This document shows positions 12,715 through 27,239 of a stretch of 64,000 nt of DNA, in pieces. The position numbers and the translations under genes were made by a program. The notes beneath the pieces are model-generated. The model was not told the origin of the DNA. It ran no database searches and saw only the letters and a list, made by a program, of their open reading frames with translations. Source of the DNA: Octopus vulgaris (lineage: Eukaryota). The stretch covers positions 121,086,001-121,150,000 of the forward strand of contig OX597820.1 of assembly GCA_951406725.2 (NCBI GenBank), in the 5' to 3' direction. Within the stretch, counting starts at the first letter, position 1, and every line of letters begins with the position of its first letter.

Positions 12715-13035
12715 GGCGCATAACTCAGTGGTTAGTGCGTCGGGGGTTATGTGAGGTTATGAATTCGATTCCCGGACCGAGCTGTATGTTGTATTCTTGA
12801 ACAAGACACTTTACTTCACGTCACTCCTGTTCACTGAGCTGTAGAAATGACCCCGGGTGAGAAAATGTATTGGCCCTTGCCTTTTCCTTGAATCACATGT
12901 GTGGTGTGGAGAGGGAAGGCTAGTATGCATGGGCGGCTGCTGGTGTTCTGTAAACAGCCTTGCTCGGACGTTTTGCTCGAAGGGGAATTTTCTAGGTGCA
13001 ATCCTCTGGTCATTCAGGACCGAAGTGAGTCTTAC
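12715..13035 (+). mobile_element. tRNA-derived SINE family D, diverged
   Basis: Similar to 34199-34535. Confidence 0.85.
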
Positions 13036-13046
13036 ATATTTACTCT

Positions 13047-13049
<3 letters not shown>

Positions 13050-13111
<62 letters not shown>

Positions 13112-13448
13112 CATATACATATACACACACACACACACACACATATACATACATACATATATGTATGTATATGTATGTATGTATATGTATGTATATGTAT
13201 GTATGTATATGTATGTATGTATGTATATATATATATGTATATATATATGTATAATAGTATATATATATGTATGTATATATGTGTATATATGTGTATATAT
13301 GTGTATATATATGTGTATATATATGTGTAGATATGTATGTATATATGTGTATATATGTGTATATATGTGTATATATATATGTGTATATATGTGTATATAT
13401 ATATATGTGTATATATATGTATATATATATATGTAAATATATATATAT
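13050..13448. repeat. Complex TA/TG microsatellite
   Basis: Directly visible. Confidence 0.95.
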
Positions 13449-13750
13449 GGAAGAAAAACGCAATGGAGGGCATTAAAACGTTCGGACAGATAAACGATGC
13501 AAAAAAGGCGTACAAGAGAAACAATTAGGACAGGTAAAAAAACAAAAAAAAGACAGGTCATTCTTGGCTTTCTTTCATCAGTCAAATACCAGAAGTCACG
13601 ACCATTTCGGATAGTTACACTTGAGATGGTTCGATCTGGTTGTCCCCCCAAAAGTCTAAGCTAAGAGCATTGACCCCTTTGTAAGAAAGCTAGCGAATGT
13701 GTACGGCAACAAAGACGAAAAGAAAGAAACAACTAAAGAAAGGGGGAACA

Positions 13751-13760
13751 TAGATAGATT

Positions 13761-13856
<96 letters not shown>
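13751..13856. repeat. (TAGA)n microsatellite
   Basis: Directly visible. Confidence 0.97.
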
Positions 13857-14235
13857 TACCATTCAATGTAAACATTGTAAAAATACGAGATACTAAGGTT
13901 TTCTTGATATGTGCCCTGAGTCAACTCTTGCTCTGAGTACATCAGGACGCTGGTATTACATGCATCAGTGTCCTGATTTTCAAATGGAACAGACCATGTT
14001 CTCAGAGCCCGGAATTTGCTTCGAGACACAAACCGCGTAATAAAAACCTACCTAGACGCATGTCTCCAAAGTGAGAAACATTTAGTAGCCGGTATCTGTG
14101 TACGTTTCACTATATCAATCACAGTATGGTGTGCGTTTTCCGTTGATCGTGCCCTAACGGAGCAATAAACTATATGAATCTGTGCTTTTGCATCCGCGTG
14201 TGAGTATAACTGTACTTATAGTGTATATGCATGTG

Positions 14236-14645
14236 GGATCTTTTCGGTTTGAACGGCAGTTTTTAACATAATTTCTAGGTAACTAAAAAAGTTTAAACTT
14301 CGTATACTGGTAGAATGTGTTTATAAAACATCTTTTTCTCTTGGCTTTATTGAGAAAATTCTATGGTTTGTAAGATATTTGTTGTTTTTTTTCTTCAATT
14401 TCTGCAATTTCAACCAAGCAATGACATGTATTGAGGTAAAAAGCATTCTGTGTCGTATGAATCTGTCACTCGTTTAAGAAACAGATTGGGTTTATTTACA
14501 TTTGTGAAGAAGAAACGATACCCTCTCCCCACCACTAACCCTAAAACAGATTGAAATGCAATAGATCGATACTAGGGTCATAATTATGGGTGACAATTTC
14601 ATATGACACCGCTAGAAAAAACTGCCGTTCAAACCGAAAAGATCT
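14236..14645. mobile_element. MITE with GGATCTTTTCGGTTTGAACGGCAG TIRs and 8-bp TSD (Merlin-like)
   Basis: TIRs at both ends. TSD tgcatgtg at 14228-14235 and 14646-14653. GG termini plus an 8-bp TSD fit Merlin (inference). Confidence 0.9.
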
Positions 14646-14856
14646 TGCATGTGTATTACTCGTTTTTAGGTTTGTGTTCGTCTTTCGGTAGACTACATAC
14701 GTACAGATAGAACTCAACATTGACAGTAGAGTCAGAATATCATCTTCAAACAGTGACTCTTTACTTTGAAGTTTCGTTAATATTCATTCCTTTGAGAAGA
14801 GAGTAACAGCGAAATTTCTAAGTAAACATGCTATTAACTATTATACACACAGACAC

Positions 14857-14900
<44 letters not shown>

Positions 14901-15475
14901 CGTGATAGAATCCTAAACGTTTCTTGGGAAGCTAGGAAGATATGTAGATCTAAACTCTTATATATGCGTATATAAGTGAAGAAATATCTTCTCAACTTAA
15001 ATAACACGAAGATCGCCTGTAGTTATGGTTAGTTTTGGGTTTGAATCCATTTAAACAACCATTTTTATGATAATGATGCCTTATTTATTGCCATAGGCCT
15101 TACTTGGGTTTGTACACATTTGTAAGATGTTTGTTTTATAGAATAATAAACTTGTAATTTATAGCCGTACACTGTTGCTGTGCTGGAGCGTATTCATAAG
15201 TTACTTTCGCGAGAGGCTGCATCGTATGCTAATAGATATATGTACAGTTGCAGATTCATGTAATAGATTATAATCCCTGAATTCCAGAGAATGCGCATTT
15301 TATTGTAACAATAGTTCCCATTTGTATATATTATATTTGCCTAATATTAAACAGCTACATTAAATAAAACCATAAAACGAACGTATGGAATTTTCGCCAT
15401 ATACACACAACCACTCAGACACAAACACTCATAAACATATACTCACTCACATATACATATAAGTATACACACTAC

Positions 15476-15526
<51 letters not shown>

Positions 15527-15596
15527 TATACAAGTATACGTATCTATGCATATATAGATGTATATATACATATATGTATTCACAGTACACAGATGC

Positions 15597-15696
<100 letters not shown>

Positions 15697-15787
15697 CATA
15701 CACACAGACACGCACACACATACCGATGCAGCATTGAAATACAAGTGAATGCACATTTAAATATACATATGTATACATCGATGTGTG

Positions 15788-15829
<42 letters not shown>

Positions 15830-16687
15830 TGCACACTACAACGCAAATGCCTGTATACACACACACATATCGACATTCACACACACACACACAGAAACAC
15901 ACCGATGCAACATTGAATGCTGCAGAAATATGCATAAAAGATGGAACCAGCCGCGGAAATACAGAGGAGACAAACATGCCTTTTATTGAACGCATGTTTG
16001 CATCTGCTTAAATAACACCAGTAAATATGTCGTGAATGGTTCTGGATGGACATGGATTTCACAATGTGTGATGTAAGTATTGACGCCTGTATTGGCGTTT
16101 GTCCACATGTATGTTTATATATCTGCATACTCGAAATTAAATGGCATCCGGAGCACGAAAAGGCAAACGAATGTCTTTCAATGCCTCTGTGAATGCTTGC
16201 CTGCATTCATATGTGCTTGCATGACTGCTTCTATTTATGCATGTGTAAGTCTGAATTGCAGCCGAAACTGTGTTTGTGGACACCTAAGTACTTTAGTACA
16301 TAACTCGAGTGTTTTCGACCTTTCTGAAGAATCAAGTAGACGTTAATGACCATCGAGATGGTATAAGATGGCCATGAATGACGTCATCAACACACTGATT
16401 TTTCCACGCCACGAGACAAAAATTTTAACGATTGCAAGGTGGACAGTGATGAAGATAGCGATGCTGATGATGCTGATGATGATGATGATGATGATGAAGT
16501 AGAAGGTAATTAACGAAGTTAGCGATAATGACTATTTTAACCATCATTATCAACTCTGACAGTAACTATTGTTACTCTTGCGAGCACAGTAGCAATGGTG
16601 AGCATTGTTGTGCAAGATGATGTTAGGGTGGAATCGCTGAGAACATGAGAACAGGGCTGAAATAATACATTTAAAAAATTTAAAGAG

Positions 16688-16722
<35 letters not shown>

Positions 16723-16848
16723 TTGACGATGTTGACGTTACAGATGATTGTCGTGTTGGATGAAGTGTTAATGACGACTGCAATAAAGACAATTGAATAA
16801 TAAATTATTAGCTTTATTATTGTCATTATTTTGAATTTATTATTACTA

Positions 16849-17014
16849 GGCGCAGGAGTGGCTGTGTGGTAAGTAGCTTTCTAACCAACTGCATGGTTCC
16901 GGGTTCAGTCCCACTGCGTGGCATCTTGGGCAAGTGTCTTCTGCTATAGCCCCGGGCCGACCAATGCCTTTTGAGTGGATTTGGTACACGGAAACTGAAA
17001 GAAGCCTGTCGTAA

Positions 17015-17074
<60 letters not shown>

Positions 17075-17282
17075 TTGTGTGTCTGTGTTTGTCCCCCTAG
17101 CATTGCATGACAACCGATGCTGGTGTGTTTACGTCCCCGTCACTTAGCGGGTCGGCAAAAGAGACCGATAGAATAAGTACTGGGCTTACAAAGAATAAAT
17201 CCCGGGGTCGATTTGCTCGACTAAAGGCGGTGCTCCAGCATGGCCGCAGTCAAATGACTGAAACAAGTAAAAGAGAAAAGAG
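16849..17282 (+). mobile_element. SINE family A, young copy
   Basis: Near-identical to 5203-5615 and 62890-63312. Confidence 0.92.
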
Positions 17283-17379
17283 GACAGTGGAATTACTAAA
17301 TTCCTGTGTTCCTGTGCAAGCTGGGTTCGAGTTTCATCAGGAATCTCTTTGCCTTTCATCAGACTGAGCTTCTTAAAAT

Positions 17380-17720
17380 ATGAACCAGTTCAATATCTGG
17401 AGCAAAATAATTCGACCAGGATCGATGCCATCAACACTCTGGCTTACAACTTTAAAACAGTAAAATGTTCTATCAAAGAAATAAATGAAATTCATATAAA
17501 AATACCCAAGTTTCTTCGAATGCACCGCATGCTTCATCCAAAGGCAGATGTAGGTAGAAAAAAATGGAGGGCATCCATTGATGAAGATGCAAACTGTCTC
17601 CAAAGACAACAGCCATAGGATCTGACATCTCTCTGAAAAAGAACAATGATGAGATGCTTAAATTTGTCTACAAGAATGAATATGTTAAGAAATTTCATTC
17701 AGCCGAAGAAAAGAAGTAAA
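17380..17720 (+). pseudogene. R4/Dong-like non-LTR RT thumb fragment
   Basis: RIDAINTLA...KFLRMHRMLHPKADVGR resembles the R4-clade AINTWA...LHPKSDVDRLY region. Confidence 0.65.
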
Positions 17721-18142
17721 GGAATTAAAGATCATCGAAGCTGGGGTTGGGGGAGCTAAATGAAAGAGGGACTCACTGTAAAAGAATCGTTAATTATTCC
17801 ATAACTGGTTGTGGCAAGCTGCCAGGGATTTTCTATGAATATAAGCCAGCGCCGGACAGCGTGTAAAATATCCATCGACTACGGTGGGATTTGAACTCTG
17901 AAAGGAAGACGCCGGAACAAATAGCAAGAGAATACTCTGGAACTTGAAAAAACATAACTGAGTGGTTAAGAAATTCACTTCCAAATCATACCCATTTCAG
18001 GTTCAATCCTATGACGCTGCTAATCCAGCAAGTGTCTCCCAACGTAACGTGGGGTTACATTTCTAAATTAAAGGTCTTTCACTGATTCAACTTCAGAATT
18101 AAGAAGCGATGCCCACATCTACGGAATACACGGCCTCTAAAA

Positions 18143-18342
18143 CAGAGGTTCTCAACTAGCAAACCCATGACCACATGTGACCCTCAAACAACCTTTCAGC
18201 GAACCACGACGGTCCTCGCTCTATATATAACATGTTTTTCTTTTATTGTTTCGTGTTTTACATATTTTGATGCATTCTCCTAAAAAAAATGTTTGGGATC
18301 TGGTCCGGATAATGGATCTGGTTCGGATGTTGAGAACCAGTT
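18143..18342. mobile_element. hAT (Charlie-like) MITE remnant
   Basis: Ends cagaggttctcaac...gttgagaaccag, with NTCTA-like flanks. Confidence 0.5.
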
Positions 18343-19356
18343 AATCTAACGAAGTAATTTCGTTGTTAAAACTGAACGCTCGTCGTCGAAAGCGGTGGAA
18401 CATCTAACATGACTATGCATTGCACGCCGTGTACGAAGTGTATTTACCTGAAAAAGTGGGTTGTCAGTATTTGCTTTGCGTTGCGTGATCTCATGAAAAA
18501 CGTGGCTGTAGAAGTGGATGACTATTACAGGTGTTGAACAACATTATAGGATAATTAGCATTTACCACAATCTCAGGTGTTTTGCTATTTGCATTATCTC
18601 ACACGTTACCAGAAAATATCTTCGTTCAGCGTTGGCTTAAACGTAAACATCAACAACAACAACAATAAACATACCAACAACCAATCAACCAAGTGTCCTC
18701 TGGCTGATCGGTCATTCTACCTGGCTTAATAGAAGCGTCTCTTTGGAATCGCATCGAATCATCTTGAGAAAACAATGTCACCTTCACTAACGTAGGTGTC
18801 GGAATAAATTAGATCCGGAATAATAGGAAAAAAATCTGGTTGTATACTAAACGAAACACCTGTGATTATTTAGTTGCTCAATCAAAGCTTAACTGTAAGG
18901 TAACAAGAACGGCATCAATCTGTAAGAACCACTGGGGCGGCGATGTGGAAGAATCGTTTGCGCGTCGAACAAAATGCTTAGCAGCATTTCTTTCGAATTC
19001 CAACTACTCTTAAATTTGCTGGCCTTGAGACAACATTGGAGAGTATTGTAAACAACAACAAAAACAATAGCGGCAACAACCGCCACAATTTTTATGTAGT
19101 CGTTCGTACTGCTAGAAATAACAACCAAGAGAAAGTGCAACGCTAAAGGCTCCCGAGGAGGATTAATGGGTTGCAAACGGTTGTTGACAGCTTAGTACCT
19201 CGGTACTTAGTTCATAGATATGATTGATCAAAAATGATCCGAACAGCAGTCAAATAACTCTTTAATCCTATCTAAACCGACTTTAATGTTGAGAGAACAC
19301 GTTGAATAATGCATCGTTTAAAAATACAAAAATGAAAATAAATGCATGAGAGGGGG

Positions 19357-19408
<52 letters not shown>

Positions 19409-19642
19409 GGCTTGGCCACTGCATGGAAAGCCATTGATCATAGATGTGCTCCATCAGGGCTGAACTTAGGTTAAATTACTATAAAAATAGCAACGAAAAC
19501 ATCAGATGTGAATGGCGGCGGGTTATGACAAGAAATATTTGAAGAAAAATTAGTGTAAAAGAGAAAGAAGAGGAAAAAAAAAAAAGACACAATCATTTGT
19601 GAAGGTCGGGTGAAAGAAGAATTATATTAATGCATGTCAAGG

Positions 19643-19743
19643 GAAGAAGAAGAAGAAGAAGAAGAAGAAGAAGAAGAAGAAGAAGAAGAAGAAGAAGAAG
19701 AAGAAGAAGAAGAAGAAGAAGAAGAAGAAGGAGAAGAAGAAGA
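19643..19743. repeat. (GAA)n microsatellite
   Basis: Directly visible. Confidence 0.97.
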
Positions 19744-20317
19744 AAAGGAATAAACGTGAAGAAAGTAGAATGGAAAAACATGAAGGGCAAAAATTAATAA
19801 AAAGAACTAAAAAATAAATAGAAAAATAAGTGTAAAGCAGCGGAAAAACAGGAAATGCTGCCAGATGAAAGAAATTGACAGGCGAATGAAGACAGTGGAA
19901 GGCGGTGGCGGTGTGGTGGGGGCGGTGGTGGGGATGCGGAGGCTGAGGTGGCGATCGTCGTCATGCTGCTGATGTTGTTGGTGATGGTGATGGTGATGGT
20001 TGTGGTGGTGGAGGTGGATTTTGGTGGCAGAGGTGGTTGTTGTTGTTGTTGTTGTAGTTGTGGTGATGCCTATGGTCATGTTTGTCACTGATGGTTCCTC
20101 TTGTTAATGATGATGATGATGATCATGATGATGATGTGGGTTTGTTATGTAGGTAGTAGCGGCGGTGGCGACGGTGGTTGTGTTGGCGGTGGTGGCGGCG
20201 GTGGTGACTGGCATGTCTCTAGTGGGAGGGTGGTGGGGGTGTGATTGTGACGGTATTACATAGTGCTGCTTTGAGATGGTGGATAACGTGGTTCTGGCTG
20301 CTGCTGCTGCTGCTGTG

Positions 20318-20615
20318 TAGCCCCGTATTCCTGATCGACCGAACCTTTGATCAAAGACATTCTAGTCCCATGACTATCTCCCCTTCTCCTTTCTCTCTCT
20401 CTCTCTCTCTTTCTCTCCGCCACTCTTTCTCTTTTTCTCTTCCTCCTACTTTCTCTCCCCTTTCTCTATTTCTCTCCCTCTCTCCCTCCTTCGTGATGTA
20501 TAGAACTGAAAACCGCACTTTCCAAAGCTTTCTTTTCTATGACGGTAAATATGACCCGAGGAAGACTTAGTTGCTATTTCTTGCAGGCTAGTCAACCACA
20601 TAGGAGTTCCGTCAT
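20318..20615 (+). repeat. Old unclassified interspersed repeat family F (fragments also near 19410-19470, 21325-21385, 22195-22310, 22520-22590, 38980-39170, 49625-49795)
   Basis: Recurring degenerate motifs gacct.tgatcaaag.cattc.ag and gctatttctagcagg, on both strands. Confidence 0.6.
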
Positions 20616-20877
20616 TAGAACAAGATGGCGTTGGTGGCGAAGACAGATGCATCGCGGGTGTTGTGCAGTGAACGCAAGTGTATGGGATGACGATGGGGAA
20701 TGGTGTCGGTGTTGGCGGTGAATGAATAAATGGCGTCGGACACAGCGGTAGTGGTGGTCGACGTACAGTTAACTGTTGTAGTAGTTGTGTTGGTGGTGGT
20801 TGTTTTAAATTCATGTCCCTGATTATTTCGAAGTCAACCCAGATTGAGCCTGCCTCTGCCACACCTGGCCACCTCGA

Positions 20878-21033
20878 CGTGGCTGCATGGCAAAAAGCCT
20901 GCTTCCCAACCACATGGTTCTGGTTTCAGTCCCACTGCGTGTCACCTGGGGCAAGTGACTTCTATTCTAGCGTCGGGTCAACTAAAGCATTATGAGTGGA
21001 TTTGGTTGACGTAAACTGAAAGAAGCCTATGTA

Positions 21034-21093
<60 letters not shown>

Positions 21094-21263
21094 ATCACTG
21101 CTTGAAAACCGATGTGTTTGCGTCCCCGTAACTTATCGGTTCGACAAAAGAGACCGATAGGATAAGTATTAGACTTAAAAAATAAATCCTAGGGTGGATT
21201 TGTTCGACTAAAACCCTGTAAGGTGGTGCTCCAGTATGGCCGCAGTCAAATGACTGAAACAAA
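20878..21263 (+). mobile_element. SINE family A, diverged
   Basis: Colinear similarity to the young copies. Confidence 0.85.
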
Positions 21264-22615
21264 AGGTAGAAGCTTGAAAGAAAATATGAGAAACTACGTT
21301 GGAAATATATTTTTTAAATGATGCAGTAAGATTTGAGGGCAGTTGCCTGCTATTTCTAGCAAGCCTAGCAACCACGTTATTGCTCTGACTTCGAAAATGA
21401 TGACGGTTGATGTGGAAGTGGTGGGAGTAGATGCAGTGGTGTAGATGATGATGCTGCTAATGATGATGATTGCCTTGGCGATGCTGATGAGTTTCTTTAC
21501 CGAATGCCTATGAGAATGACAATTATAGAAAGGTATGTGTCTCTGTACGTCTGTGTGTCTGTGCGTTTTTCTTCTGTCGGTGCCATTGCAGGTAATCTAA
21601 TTATAAAGAGAGAACGTACTTGATGACACCTCCTGTTTTTTTTTTTTTGTTAATTATAATGACAATGGTGTTGTTGATATTGTTGTCGATGTTGTTGTTG
21701 TTGTGAGGAGGTAGCGGGGGACGGGAGCATATTATAAGCGGGGGTCGGGTGGAGGCTTAAGAATTTTCCATGGCGGCTGTTGGAGAATGAATATAGTTAG
21801 CGGTTTAATAATACAATGGCCTGTCTAATTTTGTGGCCGAGGTTATCGTCAAATAGGATGACGAGAACGATAATGCTGATTGTTATAATGTCGGTGATAC
21901 GGTTGGCATTAAAGAAACGGATAAACAGATGGGTAGAGGAGGGGGGGCGGAGAACCGGTTTAATCTTGTCACTGCTTCTGTTGCGGCTACAGCTGTTGTT
22001 GTTGTTGGCGTCGTCGTCGTCGTTGTTGTTGTTGTTGTTTGTTGTTCAAACCAGCTCGGCACTATCTGAACAGGCTTATTAATGTCTTTATGGAACCATA
22101 GTGTCCGAAATGTGTTTTCCTCTCTCTCTCTCTCTCTCTCATTTCCTTCTACTCTTTTTTCTTTTTCTCTTTTTGTTTCCCTTTTTTTAATCTTTTTAAA
22201 GACGTTTGGCTGTGATTTAAGAGAGATTTCTTCGCTGCTGTTGCTTAGTCCCAGGTCAGCTTTGGTGGAGACCTACGATCAAAGGCATTCCAGCCGTGAT
22301 ATCAATGTCTTTTTTTTTTTTTTTTTGTAAATTTTGTTATCAGCTTTCTTTCTTTCTTTTTTTATTTATTATTTACTTATTTTGTGTTCTCAGCGACTGC
22401 CATTGTCTAAAATGGCATTTCCTCGCTTTTTGTTTTTCTTTTTAAGCCTCACGATATTTACGAGGAAGAGACTTTACTGCTATATTTATTTGGTTGAGCC
22501 ACCATCTTGTGTCACCTTTGTTGGTTGGAGATTTAACTGTTTTTTCTAGCAGGTCGAACGATTAAATAGAGAACTCCTTGTTGGCTGCAGGTTAACTGTA
22601 CTTGGTGAGTAAAGG

Positions 22616-22726
22616 GGAGAGAGAGAGAGCGCGGAGAGAGAGAGAGCGCGGAGAGAGAGAGAGCGCGGAGAGAGAGAGAGCGCGGAGAGAGAGAGAGCGC
22701 GGAGAGAGAGAGCGCGCGGAGAGAGA
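22616..22726. repeat. Tandem ~15-bp unit gagagagagagcgcg
   Basis: About six units directly visible. Confidence 0.9.
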
Positions 22727-23819
22727 CTGTGTCCTCAAGAATTTGGGACAGCATTTTCGTATTCACCAGCAAAACTGAGGAGGAACTGATAGTGATAAGA
22801 GTGAATTGAGAAAAAAGAAGAGAGAGGTGAGGGGGAGAAGGAGTGGGGGAGAGTGTGTGAAGGGGGAGCGTTGGGGTAAGAAGGGGGAATAAAGGAAATG
22901 ACTTCAGATAAATGGAGGAAAGATGAAAAGGAAATTGAAAGAAAGAGACGTGGTGACTTTATGACAACTTTGATGACTTAAAGAAAACAATTATGAGAAA
23001 GTGTGACAACTTGGAAATGGCATTTCAGATGTCATTAACATACACACGTGCACACATATTTGCGCACGCTAGCCTACACGCGCGTACATAAACACATACG
23101 CACACACTCGCAGACACACGCATACACACATAACAGCAACAACAACAACTAGAACAACGAAAGAACGACGTGAAACAATAATAACAAACAAAACCAGGAG
23201 CGGAATCAGTGTTGATGAAAAGTATTTGTGTGGGAGGGGGGAGGGGAGGGAGTGGTTCTGCCGTGTTTACTGGGTGAAAAAGTAAGAGTAGATATGGACG
23301 GGGAGGAGGGGGTCGACTTGGAGCGCGAGTTCATGGTGTTGTTGTTATTGCTGTCAGTAAAGACATCTAAGAGTCAATAGTCATCACTGCACACCATAAA
23401 GTGCACCCAAGGTAATCGAGAGGCGGAGGTCGTTAGAAGAATGGAATGAACGGCGACTAACTGTTTCTCAGAGCTCTTGTAGCGTATAAACAGAGAAGGA
23501 ATATCGTATAAAGTGGTGACTCGAACTAACTCCGAACGCTTATAAACCCCACACCGGTGGATACTGAAGAGGCCCTCAAAGTTTTATGCCGTGTGACATA
23601 CCAGGAAAAAAAAGACATTAAGATACACTGGAGTTCCTGGACAACATTGAGAAGCAGACGAAGTGTTTCGCCATTAAGTCACACACATCAGAAGAAATAA
23701 GCATCTTTACAACATACATATTGCACTTAACATCCAGGAACACGATGTTGGAGATGGCGCTCCGGTGACCTTACAAATCGATCGATAACGGACGTGAAAG
23801 TGCACGGGGAAGAAATCAC

Positions 23820-25812
23820 CATGATATCTCCCTGCTAAAACTAGTTTGGTTTAATATTTGACATAATACTATAATAATGTCCACACTCGCAAATCTAGCA
23901 ATTTTTCCTACTCTGAAACCACGACTGCGGCCACAATCCTGCGCATAGCAGCAACATTGTAAAGAACCGGGCGCAACAATTTCACCACAGACCAAAAGAT
24001 TGTCAGACGAGTGATTGCCCTCTGCAAAAAAATGTAAATACACAAACATAAAACGATAAAGACCTGACACCTGTAATGTAAAACTCTTAATTTCCTAGGT
24101 ATTCTTTAGTTCTGAGTCCCACAAATCGATTCCTCTCAATACGGATATGGTAGACTCAAAACCCGATTCGAATGCGTTGACTTCAGTAACAATGGCTCGC
24201 GTGCTAAAACTCACTACGGCAGTGACTTTGTGTTTCCAAAGTAAAGGTAGGTACTCTAAGATAAGAGGAAAGAAAAAGAAAAGAGAGTATGGAAGGTAAT
24301 TCAGTAGGTAGCCATTAAGTGGATGCTAGCGTACCTTAAATCGACTCACCTTTGAAAACGAGATCGAAACCAGCCGCAGAGAAGGCAATTGTTTTAAATA
24401 CAAATGTTGCTGCTATAGAAAATTCAAGATTATTATCCATTCTTCACGATGCTTCACTCGAACTAGAAACTGTAGTTGATATATGTGTGTTTTTCTATTG
24501 TTTCGAATATCGGATCGGATGGAGTCAAAGAAAAGAAAGAAACTGCCACAGTTGCACAATACTGAAGGTTTTACTAGAAATCGCCAACTTTGCAGTCAAT
24601 ACCAAAAGAATAATTGTTGTAGAACTAAAACTGAATCAATAATCGGGTGAAATAAAAGTGGAAACCCATGGACACGATGCTATAACAATACACACCACGG
24701 CAGGAAATATAAACCGATAACAGTGAGAAACACGGCTGCAGCAGCAAAAACAACAAAACATGATAATAACAATGACAAAGAACCAACAAATACAACAAGA
24801 ACAGCAGTATTGTCTGTGCTGTAAAGCGTTGCAATGAGGTTGTGCTTATCAAGGTGTGGGTCATTTAAACATGCGAAAGCAAAAACTGTAGGCAGGGAGC
24901 GAATATCATAGACATGGCGTAGAAACCAAACCTTAGTTTTCTTTCAGATGAGAACGACGGGCGCTAAATATTCAATTCCAGACAATCGAGAGCAATTTTT
25001 AATCATCACTTTGTTAATTATATGAGGGGGGGGGGATTCTATTTCAGAGATTTACTGCAATTCTCGGAAAAAAAAAAGATTCAGTATTGCAGAAAGTTGG
25101 TGACAACAACTGAGATATAGCTGGGGCTATGTATTCTGCAAGCGCAACAGACATTATTGACTGTTTTGCTGTACAAGCTTTTTGGAAATGTGTCAGATAT
25201 GGTCTTCTGTCTTTGGCAGACGACTATCTTAATTGGCAGATGATGGAGAGCATTGCCTACAGTAATAATCGGTAACGGTTGGCGACGAAGAGTTCTTGAT
25301 GTTGGAAAATCTGTTATGAAGACGTCGTCATTAGATTCAGGAGTGCAGCCACCACCATCTTGTAGAGTTGCACAATTCCTAACACACACATATCAACTAC
25401 AGTTTCTAGTTCGAGTGAAGCATCGTGAAGAATGGATAATAATCTTGAATTTTCTATAGAAGCAACATTTGTATTTAAAACAAATGCCTTCTCTGCGGCT
25501 GGTTTCGATCTCGTTTTCAAAGGTGAGTCGATTTAAGGTACGCTAGCATCCACTTAATGGCTACCTACTGAATTACCTTCCATACTCTCTTTTCTTTTTC
25601 TTTCCTCTTATCTTAGAGTACCTACCTTTACTTTGGAAACACAAAGTCACTGCCGTAGTGAGTTTTAGCACGCGAGCCATTGTTACTGAAGTCAACGCAT
25701 TCGAATCGGGTTTTGAGTCTACCATATCCGTATTGAGAGGAATCGATTTGTGGGACTCAGAACTAAAGAACACCTAGGAAATTAAGAGTTTCACATTACA
25801 GGTGTCAGGTCT
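23820..25812. pseudogene. Highly decayed Helitron (Pif1-type) helicase remnants arranged around a 430-bp inverted repeat
   Basis: Plus strand: IAATL*RTGR (~23945) and AEKAIVLNTNVAAIENSRLLSIL. Minus strand: ELCNSTR/MVV, TLRRQPLPI and ACRIHSPS. These weakly match the Pif1 motifs GIAATLLxGGRT, LCNGTR, RRQFP and YVACSR. 24060-24491 is the reverse complement of 25381-25812. Confidence 0.45.
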
Positions 25813-26702
25813 CCTGGCACGGTACTGAATAAGAGAATAAATTAAAGTACATATTGAGCGACACCAGTCGATGAATATTCTGCTTAATACCTGAAGAGGA
25901 AACTTTATGCTGAGCAACATCGTTCGTCTTTGATCCGGAAATAAAGATAGCTCAGAACTGATTTAGATCAGGTAGCCACGCGGAGCGAAACAAGAACGAA
26001 TTTGAGTCAAATCAATAATGAAAATAATATTTTTTAAAATTTCATTTTGTAAATGGACATAGAGGTCTAATATTTTAATTTTTAATGGAGTATCAATGTA
26101 TCCAAGGAACAGTTGTCTATAAGCCAAACAATACAATCCACAAATATAGATAAAATCTATACAGCAAATATCCAATAAAATAAACAAGCATCAGCAGGCC
26201 CTTTACCCAATGCATTACACATACTACATAGATTACAAACACTGATGCAATGCACCAAACAAAATGCACTTAACAAAATATACTAACGCAATGCAACATT
26301 AGGAAGTTTTTGCACAGGCCCAACAACAAAAGAGAATACAATGCTGCACACATACACCAGCAACAAGGAGGTGCAGCAGGTGATGCAGTAGAAATTTGCC
26401 TGAAACTACGAAATGTTGAATAACAACAACAACAATAATAAGTGTTAGCATGTACATTGTTTTGTATTTTTTCAGTTGTTGATTTTTTTTTTACCTCTTT
26501 CTTTTAAACCCTGGAATCAGACAGACAGCTATGATGAGTTGATTAGTAACCAACTTCGCTTTCCTTATCTATTATTAAGTCCGATCTATTACTTTCTAAC
26601 TTCTTTTCCGTTTGAATAGAAAAGTCCCACAAAATCTTACATTTCTCCGACTCCAGTACACTTTCGATTCGATTACTTTGCCATGTGTAACCATCGGATC
26701 AT

Positions 26703-27156
26703 TGTTTTGTCTTGGTATAAAAGATGGACTACAACAAATATTCTGCTCAATACCACAGAATTCCTTATCAGTTGTTTGACCTTAACTAGTTGAGTATGTC
26801 CCTTAATGGCTGACGATATGTGCATCTCTGATCACGAGCAGAAGTAATGAGGGAGCATCATAGCCATGTGTTGAGAAGGATTCTTTGGGATTTGAATAAT
26901 TCACTTCTGGAAACATAAGCGTTTCGTTCAACATCCTTGTTCAGGGATCCTTTGAGCGGGATGGGCTACTCAACCTGAAGAAAATTCCTACTGGGCCCCA
27001 CCTGCAAGGTCATGTGCTGTTTATCTTATGAGATCACCATCGCGCAGATATGGTTGTGATACATATGCCTGGTGTACCTTTATCAGGCGGGTAGTCATGA
27101 TGGGTATACTGGGCTTCTTATATTTTACCCCAGTGTCACTTTGATGGCATGCACTG

Positions 27157-27229
<73 letters not shown>

Positions 27230-27238
27230 ACTCATAAT
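26703..27238 (+). mobile_element. Non-coding interspersed repeat family E (TAA-tailed)
   Basis: Homologous to the reverse complement of 40754-41190. Ends ...gcactgctctctc(tc)n actca taata. Confidence 0.85.
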
Positions 27239-27239
27239 A

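Noticed and set aside
22553-22604. Candidate exon (ttttttctagcag acceptor, G/GTGAGT donor)
   Set aside because: The acceptor side is a copy of old repeat family F (gctatttctagcagg motif seen at several loci). There are no supporting neighbouring exons.
25890-25910. CTGAAGAGGAAAC core-like string
   Set aside because: No stem II and no stem I partner; likely chance.
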